DNA of 56,334 bases from Polyangiaceae bacterium (GTDB taxonomy: Bacteria > Myxococcota_A > Polyangia > Nannocystales > Nannocystaceae). The stretch is taken from NCBI GenBank assembly GCA_026989935.1, contig JALSIN010000305.1, positions 1-56,334 on the forward strand. The letters are read 5' to 3'. Below, one piece after another: positions 25,353 through 35,040 of this stretch (position 1 is the stretch's first letter; every line of letters starts with the position of its first letter). Both the position numbers and the translations under genes were made by a program. Below the pieces are notes generated by a model that saw only the letters and a list, made by a program, of their open reading frames with translations, was not told the origin of the DNA and did no database searches.

Positions 25353-26274
25353 CGGGATCCGGGGCCGGTGGAGGGTTGTCTCCACCGGCTTCGAGCGGCA
25401 CCATCGATCCCCGTCGGCCCGCGGGCAGCGCCGGTTTCGATGGTGGTCGAGGCGTGATGGACGCCGCGGGGACGTCGGGGACCTGCGGTTCGGTCGTCGG
25501 ATCGGCGCTGGCGGGTCGTGTCTCAGGCGGGGAGGGCAGGTGCAGGTGTGTCGGCACCGGATGGGCGAGGCTCGCGAGAAGGCTGCGGCGGATCGAGGCG
25601 GCGTCGCGTTCGAGTTCGTCGAGCAGCCGGCGCACGAACGTGCGGCGGTGGTCCGGCTGGCTGCCGCACAGGTCGCAGGGGACGATGGGGACGGCAAGGC
25701 CGGCCGCATAGGCCGCCACCTCGCGCTCGAAGGCCCATGCGAGCGGCCGGATCACCACGTGGCGGCCGTCGTCGCTGACGAGCCGCGGGGGCATGGCCTT
25801 GATCTGACCGGCGAAGAACTGATTCATCAGGAGCGTCTCGATGGCGTCGTCGGCGTGGTGGCCCAGCGCGATCTTGGTGGCCCCGATCTCACCGGCCACG
25901 CGGTAGAGGATCCCGCGCCGCAGACGGCTGCAGAGGGGACAGGGGGTGGCGCCTTCGGGGATCTTGGCCCGGACCACCGACAGCGTGTCCTGGAAGACGA
26001 TGCGATGGGCGAACCCGTGGGCCGCAAAGGCATCGGCCAGGGCGCCGGCATCGAAGCCAGGGTGTCCCTGGTCCACCGTGACGGCGGTCAACTCGAACGA
26101 AAACGGCAGGTGTCGCCGGTAGGCGCGCAGCAGGAACAAAAGCGCCCAGGAATCCTTGCCCCCGGAGCAGGCCACCAGGACGTGGTCGCCCGGCTCGATG
26201 AGACGGAAGGCGCGGTTGAGGCGCCGGATCCGGGCCAGGAGGCGGCGCTCGAGCCGTGCGTGGGAGGCGGTCAT
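25312..26274 (-). CDS. ttcA: tRNA 2-thiocytidine(32) synthetase (PP-loop ATPase)
   Basis: VACSGGKDS PP-loop, CPLCSRLRRG and ALGHHADD motifs. The ATG overlaps the dtd stop (ATGA). A Pro-rich ~80-aa C-terminal tail of doubtful significance overlaps the 3' end of the convergent VWA gene. Confidence 0.88.
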   Translation of the reverse strand: MTASHARLERRLLARIRRLNRAFRLIEPGDHVLVACSGGKDSWALLFLLRAYRRHLPFSFELTAVTVDQGHPGFDAGALADAFAAHGFAHRIVFQDTLSVVRAKIPEGATPCPLCSRLRRGILYRVAGEIGATKIALGHHADDAIETLLMNQFFAGQIKAMPPRLVSDDGRHVVIRPLAWAFEREVAAYAAGLAVPIVPCDLCGSQPDHRRTFVRRLLDELERDAASIRRSLLASLAHPVPTHLHLPSPPETRPASADPTTEPQVPDVPAASITPRPPSKPALPAGRRGSMVPLEAGGDNPPPAPDPVNRAARSRRRSYR

Positions 26275-26744
26275 TGGATCCGTCCGTCCCTGGCGTCGAG
26301 AACGAAGGTGACCGGGCCGTCGTTTTCGCTCGTCACGATCATCCGGGCGCCGAAGACGCCCGTCGCCACGGGCACGCCGCGGGCCGCCAGCGCGCGGGCC
26401 ACGGCTTCGTACAGCGGACGGGCCGGTTCGGGGTCCATGGCCCCATCGAACGACGGGCGTCGCCCCTTGCGCACGCTGCCGGCCAGGGTGAACTGGCTTA
26501 CCACGAGGCAGGCGCCGCCGGCGTCCAGGACGCTGCGGTCCATGGGACGCCGCCGACCGTCGGGCGCCGCCGGGCCCGGGAAGATCCGCAGGCCGGCCAC
26601 CTTGTCGGCGGTCGCCACGGCGTCGGCCTGTGTGTCCCCGCGGGCCACCCCGATGTACAACAACAGGCCGCGGTCGATGGCGCCCGCGACGGCGCCGTCC
26701 ACCTCGACCCGGGCCGAGCGTACGCGCTGGACGACCGTTCGCAT
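26271..26744 (-). CDS. dtd: D-aminoacyl-tRNA deacylase
   Basis: MRTVVQRV...VSQFTL...GRRPSF...NDGPVTF signature sequence. I set the start at the internal ATG matching the conserved N-terminus. Confidence 0.92.
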   Translation of the reverse strand: MRTVVQRVRSARVEVDGAVAGAIDRGLLLYIGVARGDTQADAVATADKVAGLRIFPGPAAPDGRRRPMDRSVLDAGGACLVVSQFTLAGSVRKGRRPSFDGAMDPEPARPLYEAVARALAARGVPVATGVFGARMIVTSENDGPVTFVLDARDGRIQ

Positions 26745-26828
26745 GGCCGCCGATGCTACCAGTTCGGCCGCGCTGCGGGGCCCCATGCGCCGCCCCCGCC
26801 CGCGCTGCTACGCTGCCGGCGCCCGCCC

Positions 26829-27473
26829 GTGCCCAGCGCTCCTCCATCGGCCCGCGACGAGGACTTCGCCTCGAAGTACACGAAGGCCGGGCCCGTCGCC
26901 TCGTGGCTCATCGACCGCTTCTTCGATGGCGTGGCGGACCTCGCGTGCCGCGTGGCGCCGGCCGAGGTGCTCGAGGTCGGATGCGGGGAGGGGTTCAGCA
27001 CGACCCGCCTGGCCCGCATCCTCGGGCCCCGGGTGCAGCTGGCCGCCGGCGACGTGGATCCGCGCCTCGCAGCGCGCGCACGGGCCCGCAACCCCGGCGT
27101 CCCGATCGCCGTGGAGTCGGCCTACGATCTCCGTCGGCCGGACGGATCGTTCGATCTGGTCGTGTGTCTGGAGGTGCTCGAACACCTCGACGACCCCGCG
27201 CGGGCCCTGGCCGAGCTGTGCCGCGTGGCCCGGCGCGCGGTGTTGGTCTCCGTGCCGCGCGAACCCCTCTGGCGCGTGCTCAACGTCGCCCGCGGCCGGT
27301 ACCTGCGCGCCGCGGGGAACACGCCCGGCCACGTGCAGCACTGGTCGCGCCGCGGATTCGTGCGGTTCGTAGGGACGCAGGCCGAGGTGCTGGCGGTTCG
27401 CACCCCGGTCCCGTGGACGCAGGTGCTCGCCCGCCCGCGGCTTGCGGCGGGCGCCTCGGAGCCGGTAGCGTAG
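26829..27473 (+). CDS. class I SAM-dependent methyltransferase
   Basis: VLEVGCGEGFST is motif I, and FDLVVCLEVLEHLDDP is the post-II/III region. The start is inferred as the in-frame GTG at 26829, since there is no ATG. Confidence 0.75.
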   Translation: MPSAPPSARDEDFASKYTKAGPVASWLIDRFFDGVADLACRVAPAEVLEVGCGEGFSTTRLARILGPRVQLAAGDVDPRLAARARARNPGVPIAVESAYDLRRPDGSFDLVVCLEVLEHLDDPARALAELCRVARRAVLVSVPREPLWRVLNVARGRYLRAAGNTPGHVQHWSRRGFVRFVGTQAEVLAVRTPVPWTQVLARPRLAAGASEPVA

Positions 27474-27494
27474 GCCCCACGCGAAGGAGCCGCT

Positions 27495-29444
<1,950 letters not shown>

Positions 29445-29518
29445 TCCTGGACCTGCCCACCCCCTCGACACTGCCCGAGCCCACCGGTGTCGTCCTCGAC
29501 GGCGCCCCGGTTCCGCGC

Positions 29519-30640
29519 GTGCTGGGACGGGCCGGGCGCAAGGGGGGGCCGGTGCTGGTGGTGTTCGGCGGGATCCACGGCAACGAACCGGCCGGCGTCC
29601 GGGCGATCCGCCGGGTGTGGCCGGAGATCGAGCGTCGGTCCGACAGCCTCCGCGGGGAGGTGGTGGCGCTGGCCGGCAACCGCGCGGCGCTGCGGGATGG
29701 GGTGCGGTTCGTCAAGCGTGACCTCAACCGCCGCTGGACCTTCGAGGGGATCGAGCGCGTGCGCTCGGCGGACCCGGCCGGACTCGCCGACGAGGATCTC
29801 GAGCAGCGCGCGATCCTCGAACGGCTCGAACCCGTGCTGGCGCACGCCCACGAACCCGTGACCGTCCTGGACCTGCACAGCATGTCGGGGACGGGCGCGC
29901 CCTTTTGCTGCATGTCGGACACCTTGCGCAACCTCCGCGTCGGGCTCGGGTTGCCGGTGCCGCTGATCCTGGGGCTCGAGGAGGTCATCGACGGCACGAT
30001 GCTCGGTTACTTGAGCGACGTGGGCCACCGGGGGATCGCCTTCGAGGGCGGCCGGCACGACGATCCGGCCACCGTGGACCATCACGAGGCGGCGATCTGG
30101 CTGGTCGTCGCGCGCACCGGCCTGCTGCCCGAGGACCAGGTCCCGGGGCTCGCCGAGCACCGGGCGCGCCTGCGCGCGGCCTGTCGGGACCTGCCCCGGG
30201 TCGTGGAGGTGCGGTACCGGCACGTGGTCCGGGAGGAGGACGACTTCGAGATGGCCCCGGGGTTTCGCAACTTTGACCCGGTGCGCAAGGGCCAGCGGCT
30301 CGCCACCGACGGGCGCGGCCCGGTGCGGGCGCCGATGTCCGGCCGGCTGCTCCTGCCGCGCTACCAGGGACAGGGGGAGGACGGCTTCTTCATCGGCCGC
30401 GTGGTGCCGCGTCCGGTCCTTCGCCTGTCGCGCGCGATCCGCCGCCTCGGGCTGGACGACGAGGTGGCGAGGCTGCCGTTCGTTACGCGCGATCCCGTCG
30501 ATCCGGATCGGCTCGTGGTCCCCCGGTCGTATCTGGTCGGCCCCGTCGTGGACCTCCTTCACCTGTGCGGTTACCGTCGGCGTCTGGACGCTGGAGACCG
30601 GGTCGTGTTCGTGCGACGCCGGCAGGACCGCTTGCTCTGA
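29519..30640 (+). CDS. succinylglutamate desuccinylase/aspartoacylase (AstE/AspA, M14-like) family deacylase
   Basis: VFGGIHGNEPAG is the zinc-ligand motif region, and VTVLDLHS is also present. GTG start; the N-terminus is short and uncertain. Confidence 0.78.
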   Translation: MLGRAGRKGGPVLVVFGGIHGNEPAGVRAIRRVWPEIERRSDSLRGEVVALAGNRAALRDGVRFVKRDLNRRWTFEGIERVRSADPAGLADEDLEQRAILERLEPVLAHAHEPVTVLDLHSMSGTGAPFCCMSDTLRNLRVGLGLPVPLILGLEEVIDGTMLGYLSDVGHRGIAFEGGRHDDPATVDHHEAAIWLVVARTGLLPEDQVPGLAEHRARLRAACRDLPRVVEVRYRHVVREEDDFEMAPGFRNFDPVRKGQRLATDGRGPVRAPMSGRLLLPRYQGQGEDGFFIGRVVPRPVLRLSRAIRRLGLDDEVARLPFVTRDPVDPDRLVVPRSYLVGPVVDLLHLCGYRRRLDAGDRVVFVRRRQDRLL

Positions 30641-30646
30641 ATCGCC

Positions 30647-32527
30647 GTGACCCGCGACGCGCACGTCGTTTCGTCCACACCGGCCCCCTCACGATGGTGG
30701 GCCGAAAATGCGGGCTTGGTGTTCGACCTTTCGAGCTACGCCATGTTCGCCGTCGCGACCTTGATCGCCGTGGCCACGTTTCGGGACTACGGGATCACGT
30801 GGGACGAGTCCTGGCACCACACCTACGGCAACTACATCTTGGAGTGGTTTCGCACCGGCTTTCGTGACCGCTCGGCCCTGAGCTACCGCGGGGATTACCT
30901 CTACGGTGGGGCGTTCGACGCACTCGCGGCATTGTTCGCCCGCCTGGTGCCGCTTCCTTGGTTCGAGGCGGTGCATCTGTTCGGGGCCCTCGTCGGGGTG
31001 CTCGGGCTCGTGGCGGTGTGGCGGCTCGGGCGGGTGCTCGCGGGCCCGGCGGCGGGGTTTGCGGCCACCGCGCTGTTGGCGGCGACGAGCGTCTACCACG
31101 GGCACACCTTCAACAATCCCAAGGACGTCCCGTTCGCGGTGGGCTACACGTTCGCGATCGCCGAACTCGTCGAGGTCGTGCGGTCGTTCCCGGTGGTCTC
31201 GCGCGGTCGATGGGTGCGGCTGGGGCTCGCCTGTGGCGCGGCGATGAGCGTGCGCATCGGGGGGATGCTCGTGTTGTGCTACTTGCTCGCGGCGGTGGTC
31301 GGCTTCACGGCGTGGGTGTTCGTGACCACGCGCAACCAGGACCTCGCCGAGGGGGTGTTCGTGCGCCTGTTTCGCGGCTTTTTGGGCGTGTGGGCCCTGG
31401 GCTGGGCGGTCATGCTCGCGTTTTGGCCCTGGGCCCAGCTCGACCCGGTTCGGCGGCCGTTCTTTGCGCTCGGGCGGATGACGCGCTTCAACCTGCACAC
31501 GCGAAAGATGCCTTTTGGCGACGAGGAGATCGCGACCTACGCCGTACCCTGGGACTACCTACCGCGTTACTTTCTGTTCAAACTGCCGGAGGTGTTGCTG
31601 CTGTTGGCAGCGATGGGGGCCGTGTTCGGGGTGCGTGCGATGGTGCGGCGGTGGAAGGCCCGTCGGGGCGGAGCGGACCTGGTGGCCGCGGGCTGTGTGC
31701 TCCTCGCGATCGCCTTCCCGCCGGTCTGGGCCGTCGTCGTGCGCTCGAACCTCTACGACGGGCTGCGACACTTCCTGTTCCTCGTCCCGATGCTCGCGGG
31801 GGTCGGTGGCGTCGCCGTGGTGGCGCTCGCCCGCCGGTTGCAGGCTGCCGCCCAGGTTCCGCCCGTGGCGCTGGCCGCCGTCTTCGTGGCATGGTGCGGC
31901 CGCGAGGTGGTCGTGATGGCCGACCTCCACCCGCACGAGTACGTCTACTTCAATCGGATCGCTGGCGGGCTACCAGGGGTCCTCGAACGCTACGACACGG
32001 ACTACTACGGCAACGGCTACCGCGAGGCCTTCGATCGGTTGCGCGACGAACTTTGGCGCACGGATCCCGAAGGCGTGTTGTCGCGCCGTTACCGCGTGGG
32101 AGGATGCATCCCCCGTTTCGTCGCCGAGGAGTACCTGCGCAGCGTGCTCGTCTGGCGCGAGCGCAACGACAAGCGGCCGCTCGACTTCTTTCTCGGCTAC
32201 CAGCGCAACAAGTGCTTCCAGCGGCACCGTCACCGGCCGATCTTCACGCAAGTGGAACGGCAGGGGGCCCCGATCGTCCTCGTGCGGGACATGCGGCGCG
32301 TGCGGCCGAAGGCGCCGGGCGAGCGCAAGGACGCCGGGGCGAATCGTCCGGCCCCGCGCCCATCGATCCGGCCGGCCCCGCAAAAGCCCGGGCGCGCCGG
32401 GAAGGGGCCGTCGCAGCCGGCCGGGCCCGTCTCCGGGCGTCCGAAGGCGGGCGCCGGGCGGGCCCCGGGAGGCGCCGGGCGAGCAGGAGCCGGCGAAGGA
32501 GCCGTGGGGGTTTCACCGCGGCCGTGA
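30647..32527 (+). CDS. GT-C fold polytopic glycosyltransferase (GT39/GT83, PMT_2/ArnT-like)
   Basis: At least 10 hydrophobic helices. An acidic WDESWHH motif lies in the first loop after TM1, comparable to the DE motif of Pmt/ArnT-type enzymes. A soluble C-terminal domain is followed by a Pro/Gly/Ala tail. It starts 6 nt after the previous stop. Confidence 0.8.
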   Translation: MTRDAHVVSSTPAPSRWWAENAGLVFDLSSYAMFAVATLIAVATFRDYGITWDESWHHTYGNYILEWFRTGFRDRSALSYRGDYLYGGAFDALAALFARLVPLPWFEAVHLFGALVGVLGLVAVWRLGRVLAGPAAGFAATALLAATSVYHGHTFNNPKDVPFAVGYTFAIAELVEVVRSFPVVSRGRWVRLGLACGAAMSVRIGGMLVLCYLLAAVVGFTAWVFVTTRNQDLAEGVFVRLFRGFLGVWALGWAVMLAFWPWAQLDPVRRPFFALGRMTRFNLHTRKMPFGDEEIATYAVPWDYLPRYFLFKLPEVLLLLAAMGAVFGVRAMVRRWKARRGGADLVAAGCVLLAIAFPPVWAVVVRSNLYDGLRHFLFLVPMLAGVGGVAVVALARRLQAAAQVPPVALAAVFVAWCGREVVVMADLHPHEYVYFNRIAGGLPGVLERYDTDYYGNGYREAFDRLRDELWRTDPEGVLSRRYRVGGCIPRFVAEEYLRSVLVWRERNDKRPLDFFLGYQRNKCFQRHRHRPIFTQVERQGAPIVLVRDMRRVRPKAPGERKDAGANRPAPRPSIRPAPQKPGRAGKGPSQPAGPVSGRPKAGAGRAPGGAGRAGAGEGAVGVSPRP

Positions 32528-32534
32528 ATCTGGC

Positions 32535-33365
32535 ATGGGAAGCGCGGTGCCCGAGACCTCCCCCCTCGAAGAAGCCCATCGCGCGCTGTCTGCGGCGCAG
32601 GGGATCCTCCTCGTGGAGGGGGCCTCGCCGCGGGAGGCGGCGCGGTACCTCGAGCGCGCGCGGGCGCTGGCCGAGCAGGCGGGCCTTTCGCCCCTCCCGC
32701 CGCCGCCCCCGGAGGCGGACGCCGCGGCGCTCGCGGCCCACGCACGCGCGCTGGCCGTGGGGATCGAGCGGGCGCGCGCGACCCCGCAGGTACGGGGGAG
32801 CCGGCGGCGGCGGCGCCTGCGCCGGGTCGGGGCCTTCCTGGCCTGGACCAGTCCCATCTGGGCGTATGCACTTCTGACCCCGTTTTCGTGGCGCGAGGGC
32901 CCCTGGCGCAGCGAGTTCTTTCCCACCAAGAGCTTCGAGGGGGAGTCCAAGGTGCGAAGGCACAGCGACATCGTCTTCAAGTGGAAGAAGGCCGCGCCGT
33001 TCAAATCGTTTCCAGAAGACGGGTTTTCGGCGCGGTTCGACACCTGCTTGGTGCTCGACGAGCCCGCCGAGCCGGTCTTCCGCCTGTCCTCGGACGACGG
33101 CTCGCGCCTGTTCGTCGATGGGCTGCTCGTGGTGGACAACTGGGGCAGCCACTCCGTGCGAGTGCGCTCGCAGTCCATCGCCCTCGATCCGGGGGTGCAC
33201 CACCTGCGGGTGGAGTACTTCGAGCACACCGGTCCCGCCGAGATCGAGCTCGATGCTTCGTTCGACGGTGACCGCCCGCGGGCGATCCCGGCCCGCCTGC
33301 TGCGGTATCCGGGAAACGAGCCGGATCCGGAGGACCCGTGCCGTGCCGTGCGCGAAGACCCGTAG
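32535..33365 (+). CDS. single-pass membrane protein with a PA14 domain
   Basis: TM helix VGAFLAWTSPIWAYALL. PA14-like sequence: WRSEFFPTKSFEG...IVFKW...DGFSARFDTCLVL...FRLSSDDGSRLFVDGLLVVDNWG...GVHHLRVEYFEHTGPAEIEL. Confidence 0.7.
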   Translation: MGSAVPETSPLEEAHRALSAAQGILLVEGASPREAARYLERARALAEQAGLSPLPPPPPEADAAALAAHARALAVGIERARATPQVRGSRRRRRLRRVGAFLAWTSPIWAYALLTPFSWREGPWRSEFFPTKSFEGESKVRRHSDIVFKWKKAAPFKSFPEDGFSARFDTCLVLDEPAEPVFRLSSDDGSRLFVDGLLVVDNWGSHSVRVRSQSIALDPGVHHLRVEYFEHTGPAEIELDASFDGDRPRAIPARLLRYPGNEPDPEDPCRAVREDP

Positions 33366-33396
33366 CCGCACGGGCAGGATTTGGTAGCCTGCGCGC

Positions 33397-34422
33397 GTGA
33401 CGGCATCGAACGCCCCCGAAAAAGCCGCCGGCGAGCCCGAGATCTCGGTCGTCGTCCCGCTTTTCAACGAGGTGGAGAGCCTCCCGATCTTACACGAGCA
33501 GCTCACGCAGAGCCTCGCCGGGATGGGCCGTCCCTACGAGATCGTCTTCGTGGACGACGGCAGCACGGACGGGTCCACCGACCGCTTGCGCGCCATCGCG
33601 GCGGCCGACCCGCACGTGCACGTGGTCTTCTTCCGGCGCAACTTCGGCAAGTCCCCGGCGCTCAACGCCGGCTTCGAGCGCGTCCGGGGCCGCATCGTGC
33701 TGACCCTCGACGCCGACCTGCAAGACGACCCGGCGCTCATTCCCCAGTTCGTCGAGCGAATCGAGGCGGGGGCGGACCTCGTGTCCGGCTGGAAGAAAAA
33801 ACGTCACGATCCGCTGGGCAAGACCCTGCCATCGAAGGTCTTCAACTTCGTGGTGCGCAAGCTTTCGGGCGTTCCGCTGCGAGACTTCAACTGTGGATTC
33901 AAGGCCTACCGCATCGAGTGCATCCGCGAGCTTTCGGTCTACGGCGGATTCCACCGCTTCTTGCCGGTGCTCGCCGGCGAACGCGGGTTTCGGGTCGAGG
34001 AACTCGTGGTGCGCCATCGCCCGCGCGAACACGGGGTCAGCAAGTTCGGCGTGCGCCGCTTCTTCGACGGATTCCTGGACCTCCTTACGGTGTTGCTCGT
34101 CACGCGCTACCGCACGCGCCCGCTGCACTTCTTCGGCATCCCGGGCAGCTTCCTGATGGCGGCGGGCCTGGGCCTGTTGGCCTATCTGTCCGTCCTGTGG
34201 GGCGTGGGGCAGCCCATCGGAACCCGCCCCCTGCTGACTTTGGGCGTCCTTTGCACCATCACGGGCTTTCAGTTCATCGGGCTCGGGCTCGTGGCCGAAC
34301 TGCTCGTGCGGACGACGATTCGGTCGAGCGAGGTATTCTCGATCCGCGAGGAGATCCTCCCGCGCGGGTTCGAGGCGGCGCAACTGGGGGCGGCGCCCCC
34401 CACGCCACCGCCCGGCGCCTGA
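33397..34422 (+). CDS. polyprenol-phosphate glycosyltransferase (GT2; DPM1/Ppm1/ArnC/GtrB-like)
   Basis: ISVVVPLFNE, VFVDDGSTDGS, LDADLQDDP, and two C-terminal TM helices typical of GtrB/ArnC-type enzymes. GTG start. Confidence 0.88.
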   Translation: MTASNAPEKAAGEPEISVVVPLFNEVESLPILHEQLTQSLAGMGRPYEIVFVDDGSTDGSTDRLRAIAAADPHVHVVFFRRNFGKSPALNAGFERVRGRIVLTLDADLQDDPALIPQFVERIEAGADLVSGWKKKRHDPLGKTLPSKVFNFVVRKLSGVPLRDFNCGFKAYRIECIRELSVYGGFHRFLPVLAGERGFRVEELVVRHRPREHGVSKFGVRRFFDGFLDLLTVLLVTRYRTRPLHFFGIPGSFLMAAGLGLLAYLSVLWGVGQPIGTRPLLTLGVLCTITGFQFIGLGLVAELLVRTTIRSSEVFSIREEILPRGFEAAQLGAAPPTPPPGA

Positions 34423-34470
34423 CGGAGCCCGCCGCTTGCGGGGAGGAGGGGCCGGTGCCAGGCTAAGGGC

Positions 34471-34977
34471 ATGACCAGGAACCTTCTTCGCATGACCCTC
34501 CTTGGCATCGTCTTCGCAACCGGGGCTTGCTCCGGGGACGACGGCGGCGGTGGGGGCACCGGCACCGGCAGCACGTCGGCTGCCTCCACGAGCTCCACCA
34601 GCACGAGTTCGTCGTCTTCCACGTCCACCTCCACCTCCACGACGAACGGTTCGACGACCACCGGTCCCACCACCGCAACCGACACCGGGACGGGCGATAC
34701 CGGGACGGGCGACACGGGCACGGGCGACACGGGCACCGGCGGCGGCACGACCGGGGGCGTCTCCCCCTGCGAGCAGTTCTGCGGCGACTACTTCGCCACC
34801 TGCGGAAACACGAACTTCAACGACTACGGAACCGAGGCCGACTGCGTGACCGCCTGCGAGGGCTGGACCGGCGACCAATTCGGCTGCCGCGAGATGCACC
34901 TCGGGCTCGTCCAGGATCCGGCCAACGACGGCCACTGCGGCCACGCCAGTCTCGACGGCGGCAACGTCTGCCCCTAG
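34471..34977 (+). CDS. small lipoprotein with a Ser/Thr/Gly-rich linker and a Cys-rich C-terminal domain
   Basis: Lipobox VFATGAC-SGDD. About 75 aa are almost exclusively S/T/G, including 4x DTGTG. The C-terminal domain has 8 Cys (CEQFCGDYFATCGN...CVTACEGW...CREMH...CGHASLDGGNVCP). Confidence 0.8.
   Translation: MTRNLLRMTLLGIVFATGACSGDDGGGGGTGTGSTSAASTSSTSTSSSSSTSTSTSTTNGSTTTGPTTATDTGTGDTGTGDTGTGDTGTGGGTTGGVSPCEQFCGDYFATCGNTNFNDYGTEADCVTACEGWTGDQFGCREMHLGLVQDPANDGHCGHASLDGGNVCP
34681..34740 (+). repeat. 4 x 15-nt in-frame tandem repeat encoding (DTGTG)4
   Basis: Read directly: gacaccgggacgggc / gataccgggacgggc / gacacgggcacgggc / gacacgggcaccggc. Confidence 0.9.
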
Positions 34978-35040
34978 GCGGGCTGGCTTCCACGTGCGCG
35001 GCCCAGGGCGTCTTCGGGCGCCTTGCGCCGCGCGCCTTCG

